A DNA stretch of 64,000 nucleotides from positions 1,423-65,422 of the forward strand of contig JBAYJR010000008.1 of NCBI GenBank assembly GCA_041665005.1. The letters run 5' to 3'. Shown here one piece after another: positions 48,482 to 57,508 of this stretch (position 1 is the first letter of the stretch; each line of letters begins with the position of its first letter). A program made the position numbers and the translations under genes. The notes below the pieces were generated by a model. The model saw only the letters and a list, made by a program, of their open reading frames with translations. It was not told the origin of the DNA and did not search any database. The DNA is from Candidatus Buchananbacteria bacterium. Its GTDB lineage: Bacteria > Patescibacteriota > Patescibacteriia > 2-01-FULL-39-33 > JBAYJR01.

Positions 48482-49393
48482 TTAATTTGTCTGTTTAAAC
48501 AATTCCAACCAATCCGCCACCGCCAGATCTTGGGGTCGAACCGTTGGCGCTAAACCGGCGGCTGTCAACCAGGCTTTAGTTTGAGTTGAGTCTATTTTCC
48601 AACCCGCCGCTAAGTTGTTATGCAATTGCTTGCGCCTAGCCGAAAAACCAACCTTAACTAAATGAAAAAATTTTTTTTCATCAACCTGCGGACTAGCCCT
48701 TTTTACTTTTAATCTAACAATTGCACTATCTACTTTTGGTTCCGGCCAAAAGCAACTAGCCTTGACATAATCAATTATTTCCGGCTCCGCGTAAAATTGC
48801 GTCGCTACTGATAAAATACTCATCCCCTCGCCGGCACTACTACGCGGTTTGGCACACAACCGTTGCGCCACTTCTTTTTGCACTAACAACACCATTAGTT
48901 GAGGCTTGGGCTGATAGGCTAAAAATTTTTCAATCACCGCCGAAGTAATATGATAAGGTAAATTAGCCACAATTTTATAGGGTTGCCCCAAGGGCAATTC
49001 TAGCTTTTGCGTAATTTCTTCATTTTTCAAACGTAAAATATCTTGCGAACAAATAAGTAATCGCTCCTTATTGCTAAGTTCGGCTGATTGCTGCAAATAT
49101 TTTGCCAACCGAACATCGGCTTCGACCGCTAAAACTTTTTTCGTTCCCGCCAGCAAATGACCGGTCAGAAAACCCCAACCCGAACCAATTTCTAAAACAT
49201 AATCTTCGGCCGTCAGCTCCGCCGCTGTAATAATCTTTTCATAAATATTTTCGGCAATCAAAAAATTTTGCGACAAACCCTTGTTGGGTCGCGCCTGATA
49301 AATTTTACTAAGATATTTAGCTTGAGCAATTAAAGACACAAATTTTTTATTTATAACAAAGAATAAAGTAAGGCCATAACCGCCGCCAGACAA
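48482..49393 (-). CDS. rsmA: 16S rRNA (adenine1518/1519-N6)-dimethyltransferase
   Basis: 303 aa. KsgA motifs: GQNFLIAENI... and a SAM-binding EIGSGWGFLT. Confidence 0.9.
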   Translation of the reverse strand: MSGGGYGLTLFFVINKKFVSLIAQAKYLSKIYQARPNKGLSQNFLIAENIYEKIITAAELTAEDYVLEIGSGWGFLTGHLLAGTKKVLAVEADVRLAKYLQQSAELSNKERLLICSQDILRLKNEEITQKLELPLGQPYKIVANLPYHITSAVIEKFLAYQPKPQLMVLLVQKEVAQRLCAKPRSSAGEGMSILSVATQFYAEPEIIDYVKASCFWPEPKVDSAIVRLKVKRASPQVDEKKFFHLVKVGFSARRKQLHNNLAAGWKIDSTQTKAWLTAAGLAPTVRPQDLAVADWLELFKQTN

Positions 49394-50511
49394 AAAATCA
49401 TACTAAAGCCCCCATCAAAAATTGAAATTAAAGCAATGGCTAAAACTGCCACCATAATTTTGCCTAAGACCAAGGAAGCTTCATAAAAAACCACCCCGTG
49501 CATTACACTACCCTGCCGGGAACGTTCATAAATAACTGACACTAACGGAATTGACAAAGAAGCTTTAGAAATTCTAGATAACGCATCCACCAAGAATACC
49601 CCAATGGAAGTGTTGACCGCAATCCGCAACAGCCAGGAAGCCGAACAAAACATCGTGCTAAGTCGCAACACCGAATATTTATCTTTTTTATCTGTGGCCC
49701 GACCAACATAAAAAACCAATAAGGTGGCCACTAAAGTAGATAAGGCTGCTAAGCTACCCACTGACAAATAATCTTTAAAAATAATCACAATAAATACCGG
49801 CCAAATAATCAAGGCGATTAATTCTTCACCATAACCCAAACAAGCTATTAGTTGTCGCCGATTGGCTGGCTTAAACATGGCTTTGTAAGTATCTAAGTAG
49901 GGAAATTTACGAGGAATAAATTTTTCCGGCGTCATTAAGGTTGGAATGTTGGATAAAATAATTAAAAATGACACCACTACAAACAACACTTTAAAACCAG
50001 CCATTTTAATAATCAAACCGCCCATCAAGGGGCCTAAAATATAAACCAACGAATCTAATACCATTAAATTAGAAATTTCGCGACCCTGTTCGTCTTGCAC
50101 GCTATGGTGTGCAAAATTAGCATGATAAGCCGGCCAAAACAAAAATTTTTGGACGACTAGTGCCGGCACCGCTAGAAATAACAAACAAGGATATTGCCCG
50201 GCCCCAAATAAACACAGATAATATAATACTAAAAAAACTGAACCATAAAACATAGTGTGCTCAAAGCCCCGCTGTTGCGCGATATGTGCACCAACCGGTA
50301 CCGTAAAAAAATACAACACATAAACCGCCAACCAAAAAAATAAAATCTGCCTTAAGGAATACCCTAAAGAATAAAGATAGATGGGTTCAAAAATCATAAC
50401 CGCCGAGATGGCAAAATCTAAAATAGCCACCATGGCATACATTTCTCGCACCTCGGAAGTTAGTTTACTGGCTAAATAAGGACGAAACATCCCCGTAAAC
50501 GAATTTTGCAT
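49351..50511 (-). CDS. MFS-type transporter
   Basis: 386 aa with about 12 TM helices. It overlaps the rsmA start by 43 nt. Confidence 0.65.
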   Translation of the reverse strand: MQNSFTGMFRPYLASKLTSEVREMYAMVAILDFAISAVMIFEPIYLYSLGYSLRQILFFWLAVYVLYFFTVPVGAHIAQQRGFEHTMFYGSVFLVLYYLCLFGAGQYPCLLFLAVPALVVQKFLFWPAYHANFAHHSVQDEQGREISNLMVLDSLVYILGPLMGGLIIKMAGFKVLFVVVSFLIILSNIPTLMTPEKFIPRKFPYLDTYKAMFKPANRRQLIACLGYGEELIALIIWPVFIVIIFKDYLSVGSLAALSTLVATLLVFYVGRATDKKDKYSVLRLSTMFCSASWLLRIAVNTSIGVFLVDALSRISKASLSIPLVSVIYERSRQGSVMHGVVFYEASLVLGKIMVAVLAIALISIFDGGFSMIFCLAAVMALLYSLL

Positions 50512-50578
50512 AATAAATAATTTAAAATTGAAAAGTCAAAAAAATTAAAGTAAAATTAAAAATTATTAATTTTAATAT

Positions 50579-51193
50579 TTAAATTTTAATTTTAACTACT
50601 CCCTGTCTTAAAATAATAATTAGACTTTTTTTAATTTCCGCTACCGTCGAAGGTTGGTTCCGCCGAGACAGTTTACCGCCATCAATAATTAAATCTGGCT
50701 GGTGGGGCTGATTTTTAAATTGCCCTAAAACCTCTTTGGTATTATAGCATGGTACTTGACCCGAGAGATTGGCCGAGGTTGAAACCAAAGGCTTTTTTAG
50801 AATCCAAGCAAGGCGCTGAGGCAGGCCAAAATTGGGCACCCTAAGCCCTACCTTACCCCGTCTGGCTGTAGCTAATTTCAACCCGGTCTGTTTTACCGGT
50901 AGTACTAAATTAAGCGCCCCGGGCCAGTATTTTTGCGCTAAGCGCAATGCTAGCGGGCTAAATTTAGCATACCGTTTAGCCATCGCTAAATTAGCACAAA
51001 TATTGGGTAACGGCTTAGTTTCTCGTCGTTGCTTAATTAAAAATATTTTTTTAATCCCTTTAGCGTTAGTCGCGTCGCAACCCAAACCATAAACTGTGTC
51101 CGTAGGATAAACAATCGTGCCACCACTATGCAACAAATCAATTATTTTTTTAAGTTGCACCTTAGTAATCTTGTTCTCTTTAATTATCTCCAT
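50579..51193 (-). CDS. tsaC: L-threonylcarbamoyladenylate synthase (YrdC/Sua5 family)
   Basis: 204 aa. GGTIVYPTDTVYGLGCDA is the YrdC signature. Confidence 0.85.
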   Translation of the reverse strand: MEIIKENKITKVQLKKIIDLLHSGGTIVYPTDTVYGLGCDATNAKGIKKIFLIKQRRETKPLPNICANLAMAKRYAKFSPLALRLAQKYWPGALNLVLPVKQTGLKLATARRGKVGLRVPNFGLPQRLAWILKKPLVSTSANLSGQVPCYNTKEVLGQFKNQPHQPDLIIDGGKLSRRNQPSTVAEIKKSLIIILRQGVVKIKI

Positions 51194-51265
51194 TTTGCCT
51201 CTTGCTTTTTAAATTTTAAATTGACTCGTGTCACCGGTTTGGCTAAAAATTATTTTTTAAAAAAA

Positions 51266-51775
51266 TTAAGCTTCAATCTTGCTAATAATCTCCCGATATT
51301 CTTTTAGAGTTGCCTTGCCTAAATAGGCCACTCCCATCGCTTCGTAGCGAGGTTGTTTGTAGGCGGAGGTGGAATAAATAGTAATCCCCTTACCCTGTAA
51401 AGCTTCCGCAATCTCAAATCCCTCATCACCGCTGTCGCCGGAAAGATTATGATCTAAAAACAAAACTTTGGGCAGATGTTTATCAACCGCCGCTAAAGCT
51501 TCCTCTACATTATGACATTCGGCAAATACCACTCCTGATTCGTCCCGAAAAGCTCGGGCCAGAGAAGCTAAATAATCGCCCTTATCATCAATAAACAAAG
51601 CCTTGCTTAATTTATTGCGATAATCGGTAGACGTCCGTTCTTCAATGGTGCCCGGCTCTTTTTCAGAAGGAGCTATCCCTGATCCACGCCAATCATCCTC
51701 CTCCTTTTTTTGGTCTATGGTAATTTGTTCTGGTGTTTTTTCAAAAAATTTTTTGCCAAACATATTTCCAAACAT
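51266..51775 (-). CDS. Orphan receiver (REC-like) domain protein with an N-terminal extension
   Basis: 169 aa. ALFIDDKGD...VLFLDHNLSGDSGDEGFEI fits the receiver-domain acidic pocket and phospho-Asp pattern. Confidence 0.45.
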   Translation of the reverse strand: MFGNMFGKKFFEKTPEQITIDQKKEEDDWRGSGIAPSEKEPGTIEERTSTDYRNKLSKALFIDDKGDYLASLARAFRDESGVVFAECHNVEEALAAVDKHLPKVLFLDHNLSGDSGDEGFEIAEALQGKGITIYSTSAYKQPRYEAMGVAYLGKATLKEYREIISKIEA

Positions 51776-51818
51776 ATTTTTTTAGTTACCCCGTTAGGGA
51801 TTAATAATTAATTAACTT

Positions 51819-52823
51819 TTAATTTTTTTTTAACCACTGATAAGCCAAATACCAAAATCTGTTAACCACTGAATCATAACAACCAGGATAAGTGCTAAAT
51901 TTTTGACCGGGAGCAAAACCTTGTTTAAAACGGGTAATCCCCGCCCAAGATTTTTTAGTTTCCGAAACTCCCCAAAAATCATAAAATTTCTGGCCGGCTG
52001 CTTGCGCCTCTAAAATGGCTTGCCACTGCAATAAATAAGGTGCCATTAAATTTTTATCAGCATCCGCCGAAGCCCCATGCAAATAATAAGCCCAATTGCC
52101 ACTTTGCACGACTAAATTAACTGCAATAATTCTACCCTGAAAATCAGCTAAATACAACTTGACTTGGCCCCGTGAAGCAAACTGCTTAATCATGGCTTGA
52201 TAATATTTTTGCGAATGCGAAGAAATTTGTTGTCTAGTTGAAGTTTGTTTTATCAATTCCCAAAAGGCGGTAAAATCTAATTCCGTAATCTGGCTGGCTA
52301 CTCTAACTTGCACACCATGCTTTGACGCTACCGAAATATTGTAGCGCGTTTTACTTTTCATTTGCGCTAATAATTCGCTGGCCGGCTTAGTCAAATCTAA
52401 AATTAAAGTTTGTTTAGGTTGCACTTGACCGGAAGCGACTAGTTGTCGATCAACCGCGGGTAACTGATAAGTCGGTTCTAACCGAACAAAAACCGCTTGA
52501 TTATTTTTAGCTAGTTTTGTAACTTCAACCAAAAAAAAGTTTAGTACTGCAGTTTGTTGTGACTGGTTTAAATTATTTTTTAGTACTGGCCCGCGCGGAC
52601 AGTAAAGATAACTAAAACCCGCCGGCAAGCTTTCTTTAATTATTTGAGCCACTAATAAAATTGCTTCGCCGTCCATTACGGCCAGGCGCCAAACGGTTTG
52701 TTTTAGGGACTGTTTAAATTCACCCCATGGCCAAGCCTGCAACAAGCCACCATCTAAGGCTTGCTGACTAACAAACTTGTCCCAAAGATTGCCCTCTTGA
52801 TTAGTAAAATATTTGACTAACAT
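51819..52823 (-). CDS. FemAB-family peptidoglycan peptide-bridge aminoacyltransferase
   Basis: 334 aa with a FemAB-like double GNAT-fold sequence pattern (WPWGEFKQ...FDFWG). Confidence 0.65.
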   Translation of the reverse strand: MLVKYFTNQEGNLWDKFVSQQALDGGLLQAWPWGEFKQSLKQTVWRLAVMDGEAILLVAQIIKESLPAGFSYLYCPRGPVLKNNLNQSQQTAVLNFFLVEVTKLAKNNQAVFVRLEPTYQLPAVDRQLVASGQVQPKQTLILDLTKPASELLAQMKSKTRYNISVASKHGVQVRVASQITELDFTAFWELIKQTSTRQQISSHSQKYYQAMIKQFASRGQVKLYLADFQGRIIAVNLVVQSGNWAYYLHGASADADKNLMAPYLLQWQAILEAQAAGQKFYDFWGVSETKKSWAGITRFKQGFAPGQKFSTYPGCYDSVVNRFWYLAYQWLKKN

Positions 52824-52900
52824 AGTTTCATTATAAAGAAATAAACTATAAAATAAAAGGCCATCAAGCTAGCGCCTAGTTTATTTTAAAAATTAAAAGA

Positions 52901-52933
52901 CCCGAGCAAAATAAATTTGCTCGGGGGGTTTTT
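52901..52933. terminator. Intrinsic terminator/attenuator hairpin about 80 nt upstream of femAB
   Basis: Hairpin cccgagcaaa-ataaa-tttgctcggg flanked by T-runs on both strands. Confidence 0.5.
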
Positions 52934-53180
52934 GTAGGGGATGCATCTCATCCCCCAGTCGCGGCTATTTGGCCGCGAATTTCGCCTTCCTTAGAAGGCG
53001 ATAATTGCTGGATAACAATGTTGGAAATGTGGACTAGGCCGGCGACCTTTCCTTCATTGCATATCCTCCTTGTTTTTGAAGGTATTTAAAGATTACAGCA
53101 AAACTTTAAAATAGTCAATGGGGGTTATCCACAGGATTGATAAATAAAGCAAGCAATTAAACAGGTGCAGAAATAACAAC
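52934..53180 (-). other. Candidate structured leader or small RNA between two terminators. It contains a 7-codon uORF with a perfect SD and a DnaA-box-like TTATCCACA.
   Basis: The minus strand reads aaggagg-N7-ATGAAGGAAAGGTCGCCGGCCTAG, then three GC hairpins and a terminator. The 9-mer ttatccaca is at 53126-53134. Confidence 0.3.
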
Positions 53181-53210
53181 AAAAAATTCGCCCCGTAGCA
53201 ACGAGGCGAA
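53181..53210 (-). terminator. Rho-independent terminator of gene 53229..53783
   Basis: Hairpin ttcgcc-ccgtagcaacga-ggcgaa followed by T6 on the minus strand. Confidence 0.6.
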
Positions 53211-53228
53211 TTTTAACAACTTATTAAA

Positions 53229-53783
53229 TTATATTTTTTTCTTTTCTAATTTTGATTTTGTGCAGACTTCCCCTTTCACATTTAAATAAGATTTTTTATT
53301 GCCAAAATTGGCAATTTCCACTTCTTGCGATATTTTCCCAGTATTGTCTACTTCCATATTTACTTCCTTACCCAAAGCCAGGGCTACCAACTTTAACTTA
53401 TCAAAATTACTCATACCCATAATACCATCTTCCCAATTTTTTAATTTGAAAACGACCTTACCTTCCTCTGCAGACAATAGTTCTCTTAAATTATCTTCTG
53501 AGGCTAATTCCAGCAACACCTCTTTAGTTATATCATCAATTTTAAAAACATCATACGTCTGTTTTGCTTTTAAAGCGCCTAAGGCTTTAGTAGCGCCATC
53601 TTCATTGCCGGCTAATTTTAGTAACCGATATCTTTCGTAATCTACTTTTAATCTTGGATCACTATTAATAATCTCCGCTACATCCTTTGAGCGGTCAATA
53701 TATTCTTGCTGTTCCTCTTTAGGTAAAGCCGAAAAGTTTTTTTGGGCCTCTTCGGTAGAAAAATCGCGTTCACCTTTCATCAT
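53229..53783 (-). CDS. Hypothetical protein (184 aa)
   Basis: ORF with its own terminator. Charged and soluble, with no recognisable motif. Confidence 0.45.
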   Translation of the reverse strand: MMKGERDFSTEEAQKNFSALPKEEQQEYIDRSKDVAEIINSDPRLKVDYERYRLLKLAGNEDGATKALGALKAKQTYDVFKIDDITKEVLLELASEDNLRELLSAEEGKVVFKLKNWEDGIMGMSNFDKLKLVALALGKEVNMEVDNTGKISQEVEIANFGNKKSYLNVKGEVCTKSKLEKKKI

Positions 53784-53860
53784 AATTTTAAAATTAAATT
53801 ATTTAAAAGTTTAGTTTATCAGTCTAAAATTAGTATAGCACAAATTAAACAAAAAGTCAA

Positions 53861-56800
53861 CTAAATTACGATATTTACTAATCTATTTTTGATATAAATA
53901 AACTTTTTGATTGGTTGATTATCTAACCATTTTTGTATTTTATCCGAGGCCAACACTTTAGCCTTAACCTCTTCCTCAGAACTTTCGGCTGGTAAGGTAA
54001 TTTTATCGCGCACCTTGCCGTTAATTTGTATTACTACTTCAATTTCAGTCTCTAAAATTAATTTTGGATCAAACTTGGGCCAGGGTTCTAGACTAATGGA
54101 TTTTTTATGACCAAGTTTTTCCCATAACTCTTCCGCTAAATGCGGGGCAAATGGCGATAGGATGATTAAAAACTTTTCCCAAACTTCTTGATCGAGGTCA
54201 TCTGCCTGATTTTGCAAAGCATTAACTAAAATCATCATTTGTGAAATGGCCGTATTAAATCTAAAATTTTCAATGTCTTCGCCAACCTTTTTAATAGTTT
54301 GATGTAAAATTTTTTCTAGATCTGGATTGCTCTCCTTACCAATCCTATCTGACAAATTATAAATTTTTTCCAAAAACCGGCGCACGCCAATAATACTTTT
54401 AGTATTCCAGGGTTTAGCATCTTCAAACGGCCCCATAAACATTTCATACAACCGAAAAGTGTCGGCGCCGTATTCTTTTAACACTTCATCAGGATTAACC
54501 ACGTTGCCCCGCGACTTAGACATCTTTTCATTGTTTTCTCCCAAAATCATGCCTTGATTTTTTAACTTCATAAACGGCTCGGGCGTAGAAACAAAACCCG
54601 CATCAAACAAAACCTTATGCCAAAAACGCGCATAAAGTAAGTGCAACACGGCATGTTCCGCCCCACCGACATAAACATCTACCGGATTCCAATAATTTAT
54701 TTTTGCTAAATCCCATTCGTATTTTTTACTTTGAACTTTGAACTTTAAACTTTGAACTATTGCGTATGCGAGGTAATACCAACACGAACCCGCCCACTGC
54801 GGCATTGTATTAGTTTCGCGTTTAGCCTTGCCGCCACAACGCGGACATTTAGTATTCACCCACTCCGGCACATTAACTAGCGGCGACTCCCCGGTACCCG
54901 AAGGTTCATATTTTTCCACTGCCGGCAACTTAATGGGTAATTCTTCTTCCGGAACTGGTACCCAACCCAAATTTAAGGCTGACACAGAGGGAAATTCTTC
55001 TAAAATTTCTGGCAACTCTGTCGTTCCCCAACGCGAACTAAAATGTTTTTTGTCTTTAAAAACTACTACTTTGCCGTGTAATTCTAAAAAATCCTGTTGC
55101 ATCGTCACTGGTATATAAGGATCATCTTGAGAAAAATATAAGGTTGTTTTGGCCACCAAGTTATTTAATTGCGCGAAATCAACCTTAGCCCCGCCAAAAA
55201 GCTTAATGGTATTAATTTCATTATCCGTAAAATCATATTGCTTCACGTGTTGCCAATCGGAACTGTGGCCAACTGGTGCCACTAAAATTAATTTTTTAAC
55301 TGGTAATTTATTCTTTAAAATAAATTGCATGGCGGCCGGAGCGCCCAAAGAATGACCCACCACGAATAATTCATCGTCAGTAGTCAAACCTAATTTGCTC
55401 AACGGCTTTAGCCAATCATTTAATGCTAATTTTTCAGCTTTAGGTAAATCAGGAATAAGCACCTCGTATCCCCGATTTTCCATTTCTCGTTTAAAATAGG
55501 GAAACCAATTTTCTTGGGTATTGCCACCAAGGCCATGAATTAATAAAATTTTTGGCTTGCGCTTAGCACAAGTCTCGCAATAAACTAACGGAATCGGTTC
55601 GCCCCAATAACGTTGCCGCGAAAAAATCCAATCGCGGAGTTTATAGTTCACTTGTCGCTTGCCAATTAATTCTTGTTCCAACCAATCCGCCATTTTTTCG
55701 CGTGCCTCGGCCGAAGTCAAGCCAGTAAATTTTTCAGAATTAGTCAACACGCCGTCTTCCGTATAAGCTTCTTTAATATTATTAGTCATCTCTTCTAAAA
55801 ATATTGCTCTTTTTAAATCATTTTTACCTTGACGGCGTTCTTTAACTGCCGTTATCCGATAACAATCAGCTAACCATTGTGCCTGAGGCACCGGATATTT
55901 TATATTATTTATTTCTACCACTTGATCGCCTAGGTCATGATCAAAGGTACCTATTTCTAAAATAATTTTGCCTTTTTGATAAATAGAAACCTTAAACTTC
56001 TCATTTTCTTTATCTTCAATCTTTTGATAGCCATTATTTTCCACTACTTCTTTAGCGGCCAAAAAATCTTTAACCAAAACCCCACAATCAACATCAGCTG
56101 GTAAATCAAAAAACTTACCATAATAGCCAGCCACCCCAAAAGTACCGTTAAACCAAACTTTAATGTTTTTTGCCTGCAATAATTGGTTGACTTCTTGAAC
56201 CACCTCTAACATTTCGGATATTTGTTGACTTTGATTCACCTCACCCAAAACTGGCACGATAGTTGGCGTAATTCCAATCTTATGTTTTTTTGCAAATTCA
56301 AAATCCCGTTCATCATGCGCTGGCACGGCCATCACGGCGCCGGTGCCATAATGCCCTAGTACAAAATCACCAACGTAAATGGGAATTTCTTGTTTAGTAA
56401 ACGGATTAATCGCTTTAACGCCTTGTAATTCTACACCGGTTTTTTCTTTATTTAATTCGGTGCGCTCTAAATCCGACTTACTTTGCGAATCCTGAATATA
56501 TTTTTGTACCTCTTCAATATTTTTGATTTTTAAATTTTGCTCTTTGATTTCGAGGAGCGAAGCGACGAGCGGATGTTCCGGCGCGATGACACAAAAAGTC
56601 ATCCCAAATACCGTATCAATTCTGGTGGTATAAACGGATAATTTTTGATTAGTAATAGTTAGTGGTAAATCAAACTGTACGCCTTCCGAACGACCAATCC
56701 AATTGCGTTGTAAAATTTTAATTGACTCTGGCCAATCTAATAACGCCAAATCTTTTTCTAACCTGTCAGCATAATCCGTAATTTTTAAAATCCATTGCCG

Positions 56801-57379
56801 AATTGATTTTTTAACCACCGCCGTGCCACACCGATCACACTTGCCATCCTTGACCTCTTCATTGGCTAAACCCGTTTTGCATGATGGGCAAAAATTAATC
56901 GGCGCCTGACTTTCGTAAGCTAAACCACGGTTAAACAATTGTAAAAAAATCCATTGGGTCCATTTATAATACGCCGGGTCCGTAGTATTCACTTCGCGCG
57001 ACCAATCATAAGAAAAACCCAAGGCTTTAATTTGGCGCCGAATGTTATCAATATTTTTTTGCGTAGTCACCGCCGGATGCGTGCCAGTTTTAATGGCATA
57101 ATTTTCGGCTGGCAAACCAAAGGCATCCCAACCCATGGGGTGCAGTACTAATTTGCCTTGGGCACGTTGGTAACGAGAGTAAATATCCGTAGCGGTATAA
57201 CCTTCAGGATGCCCCACATGCAAACCTTCACCCGACGGATAAGGAAACATATCCAACACATAGACGCGCTGATCTTTGGGAATTTTTTTATCTTCTTTGA
57301 CCGCAAACAATTTTTCTTGCTCCCAAATTTTCTGCCACTTAGCCTCAATTTCTTGATGATTATATTTTTGTTCCGCCAT
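53861..57379 (-). CDS. leuS: Leucyl-tRNA synthetase with two large in-frame insertions, including an RBBP9/YdeN-type serine hydrolase domain
   Basis: 1172 aa. HIGH (HVGHPEGY) and KMSKS (KMSKSRGN) motifs, a CP1 editing domain, and a C-terminal anticodon-binding region. There are about 310 extra residues compared with typical bacterial LeuS. Confidence 0.93.
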   Translation of the reverse strand: MAEQKYNHQEIEAKWQKIWEQEKLFAVKEDKKIPKDQRVYVLDMFPYPSGEGLHVGHPEGYTATDIYSRYQRAQGKLVLHPMGWDAFGLPAENYAIKTGTHPAVTTQKNIDNIRRQIKALGFSYDWSREVNTTDPAYYKWTQWIFLQLFNRGLAYESQAPINFCPSCKTGLANEEVKDGKCDRCGTAVVKKSIRQWILKITDYADRLEKDLALLDWPESIKILQRNWIGRSEGVQFDLPLTITNQKLSVYTTRIDTVFGMTFCVIAPEHPLVASLLEIKEQNLKIKNIEEVQKYIQDSQSKSDLERTELNKEKTGVELQGVKAINPFTKQEIPIYVGDFVLGHYGTGAVMAVPAHDERDFEFAKKHKIGITPTIVPVLGEVNQSQQISEMLEVVQEVNQLLQAKNIKVWFNGTFGVAGYYGKFFDLPADVDCGVLVKDFLAAKEVVENNGYQKIEDKENEKFKVSIYQKGKIILEIGTFDHDLGDQVVEINNIKYPVPQAQWLADCYRITAVKERRQGKNDLKRAIFLEEMTNNIKEAYTEDGVLTNSEKFTGLTSAEAREKMADWLEQELIGKRQVNYKLRDWIFSRQRYWGEPIPLVYCETCAKRKPKILLIHGLGGNTQENWFPYFKREMENRGYEVLIPDLPKAEKLALNDWLKPLSKLGLTTDDELFVVGHSLGAPAAMQFILKNKLPVKKLILVAPVGHSSDWQHVKQYDFTDNEINTIKLFGGAKVDFAQLNNLVAKTTLYFSQDDPYIPVTMQQDFLELHGKVVVFKDKKHFSSRWGTTELPEILEEFPSVSALNLGWVPVPEEELPIKLPAVEKYEPSGTGESPLVNVPEWVNTKCPRCGGKAKRETNTMPQWAGSCWYYLAYAIVQSLKFKVQSKKYEWDLAKINYWNPVDVYVGGAEHAVLHLLYARFWHKVLFDAGFVSTPEPFMKLKNQGMILGENNEKMSKSRGNVVNPDEVLKEYGADTFRLYEMFMGPFEDAKPWNTKSIIGVRRFLEKIYNLSDRIGKESNPDLEKILHQTIKKVGEDIENFRFNTAISQMMILVNALQNQADDLDQEVWEKFLIILSPFAPHLAEELWEKLGHKKSISLEPWPKFDPKLILETEIEVVIQINGKVRDKITLPAESSEEEVKAKVLASDKIQKWLDNQPIKKFIYIKNRLVNIVI

Positions 57380-57508
57380 ACTTTATAACTTTATACTTTT
57401 TTACTTTAAACTATATAAACTAACTGACTTTGCCTTTACTTTATCATATTTCCCCCAAGAAAAAAAGGCCTTACCTTAAGACCTTTAAAAAACCCGCGAC
57501 ACTAAAAT

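Noticed and set aside
53126-53134. Chromosomal replication origin (oriC) at the DnaA-box motif
   Set aside because: Only single isolated TTATCCACA boxes occur, one here and one at 60378. There is no cluster of boxes, no adjacent AT-rich DUE with 13-mers, and no dnaA or dnaN nearby. A regulatory site is more plausible than an origin.
54690-54760. Tandem heptamer repeat (ctttgaa/ctttaaa, four copies) that looks like a simple sequence repeat
   Set aside because: It lies in frame within leuS and encodes ...SLKFKVQSKKYEW.... It is most likely fortuitous codon repetition rather than a regulatory repeat or a CRISPR-like element.
54962-55564. Intein in LeuS
   Set aside because: The insert lacks the intein N-terminal Cys/Ser and the C-terminal HN-Cys/Ser/Thr splice junctions. 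Instead it has a complete alpha/beta-hydrolase motif set (GHSLG, DDP, H).
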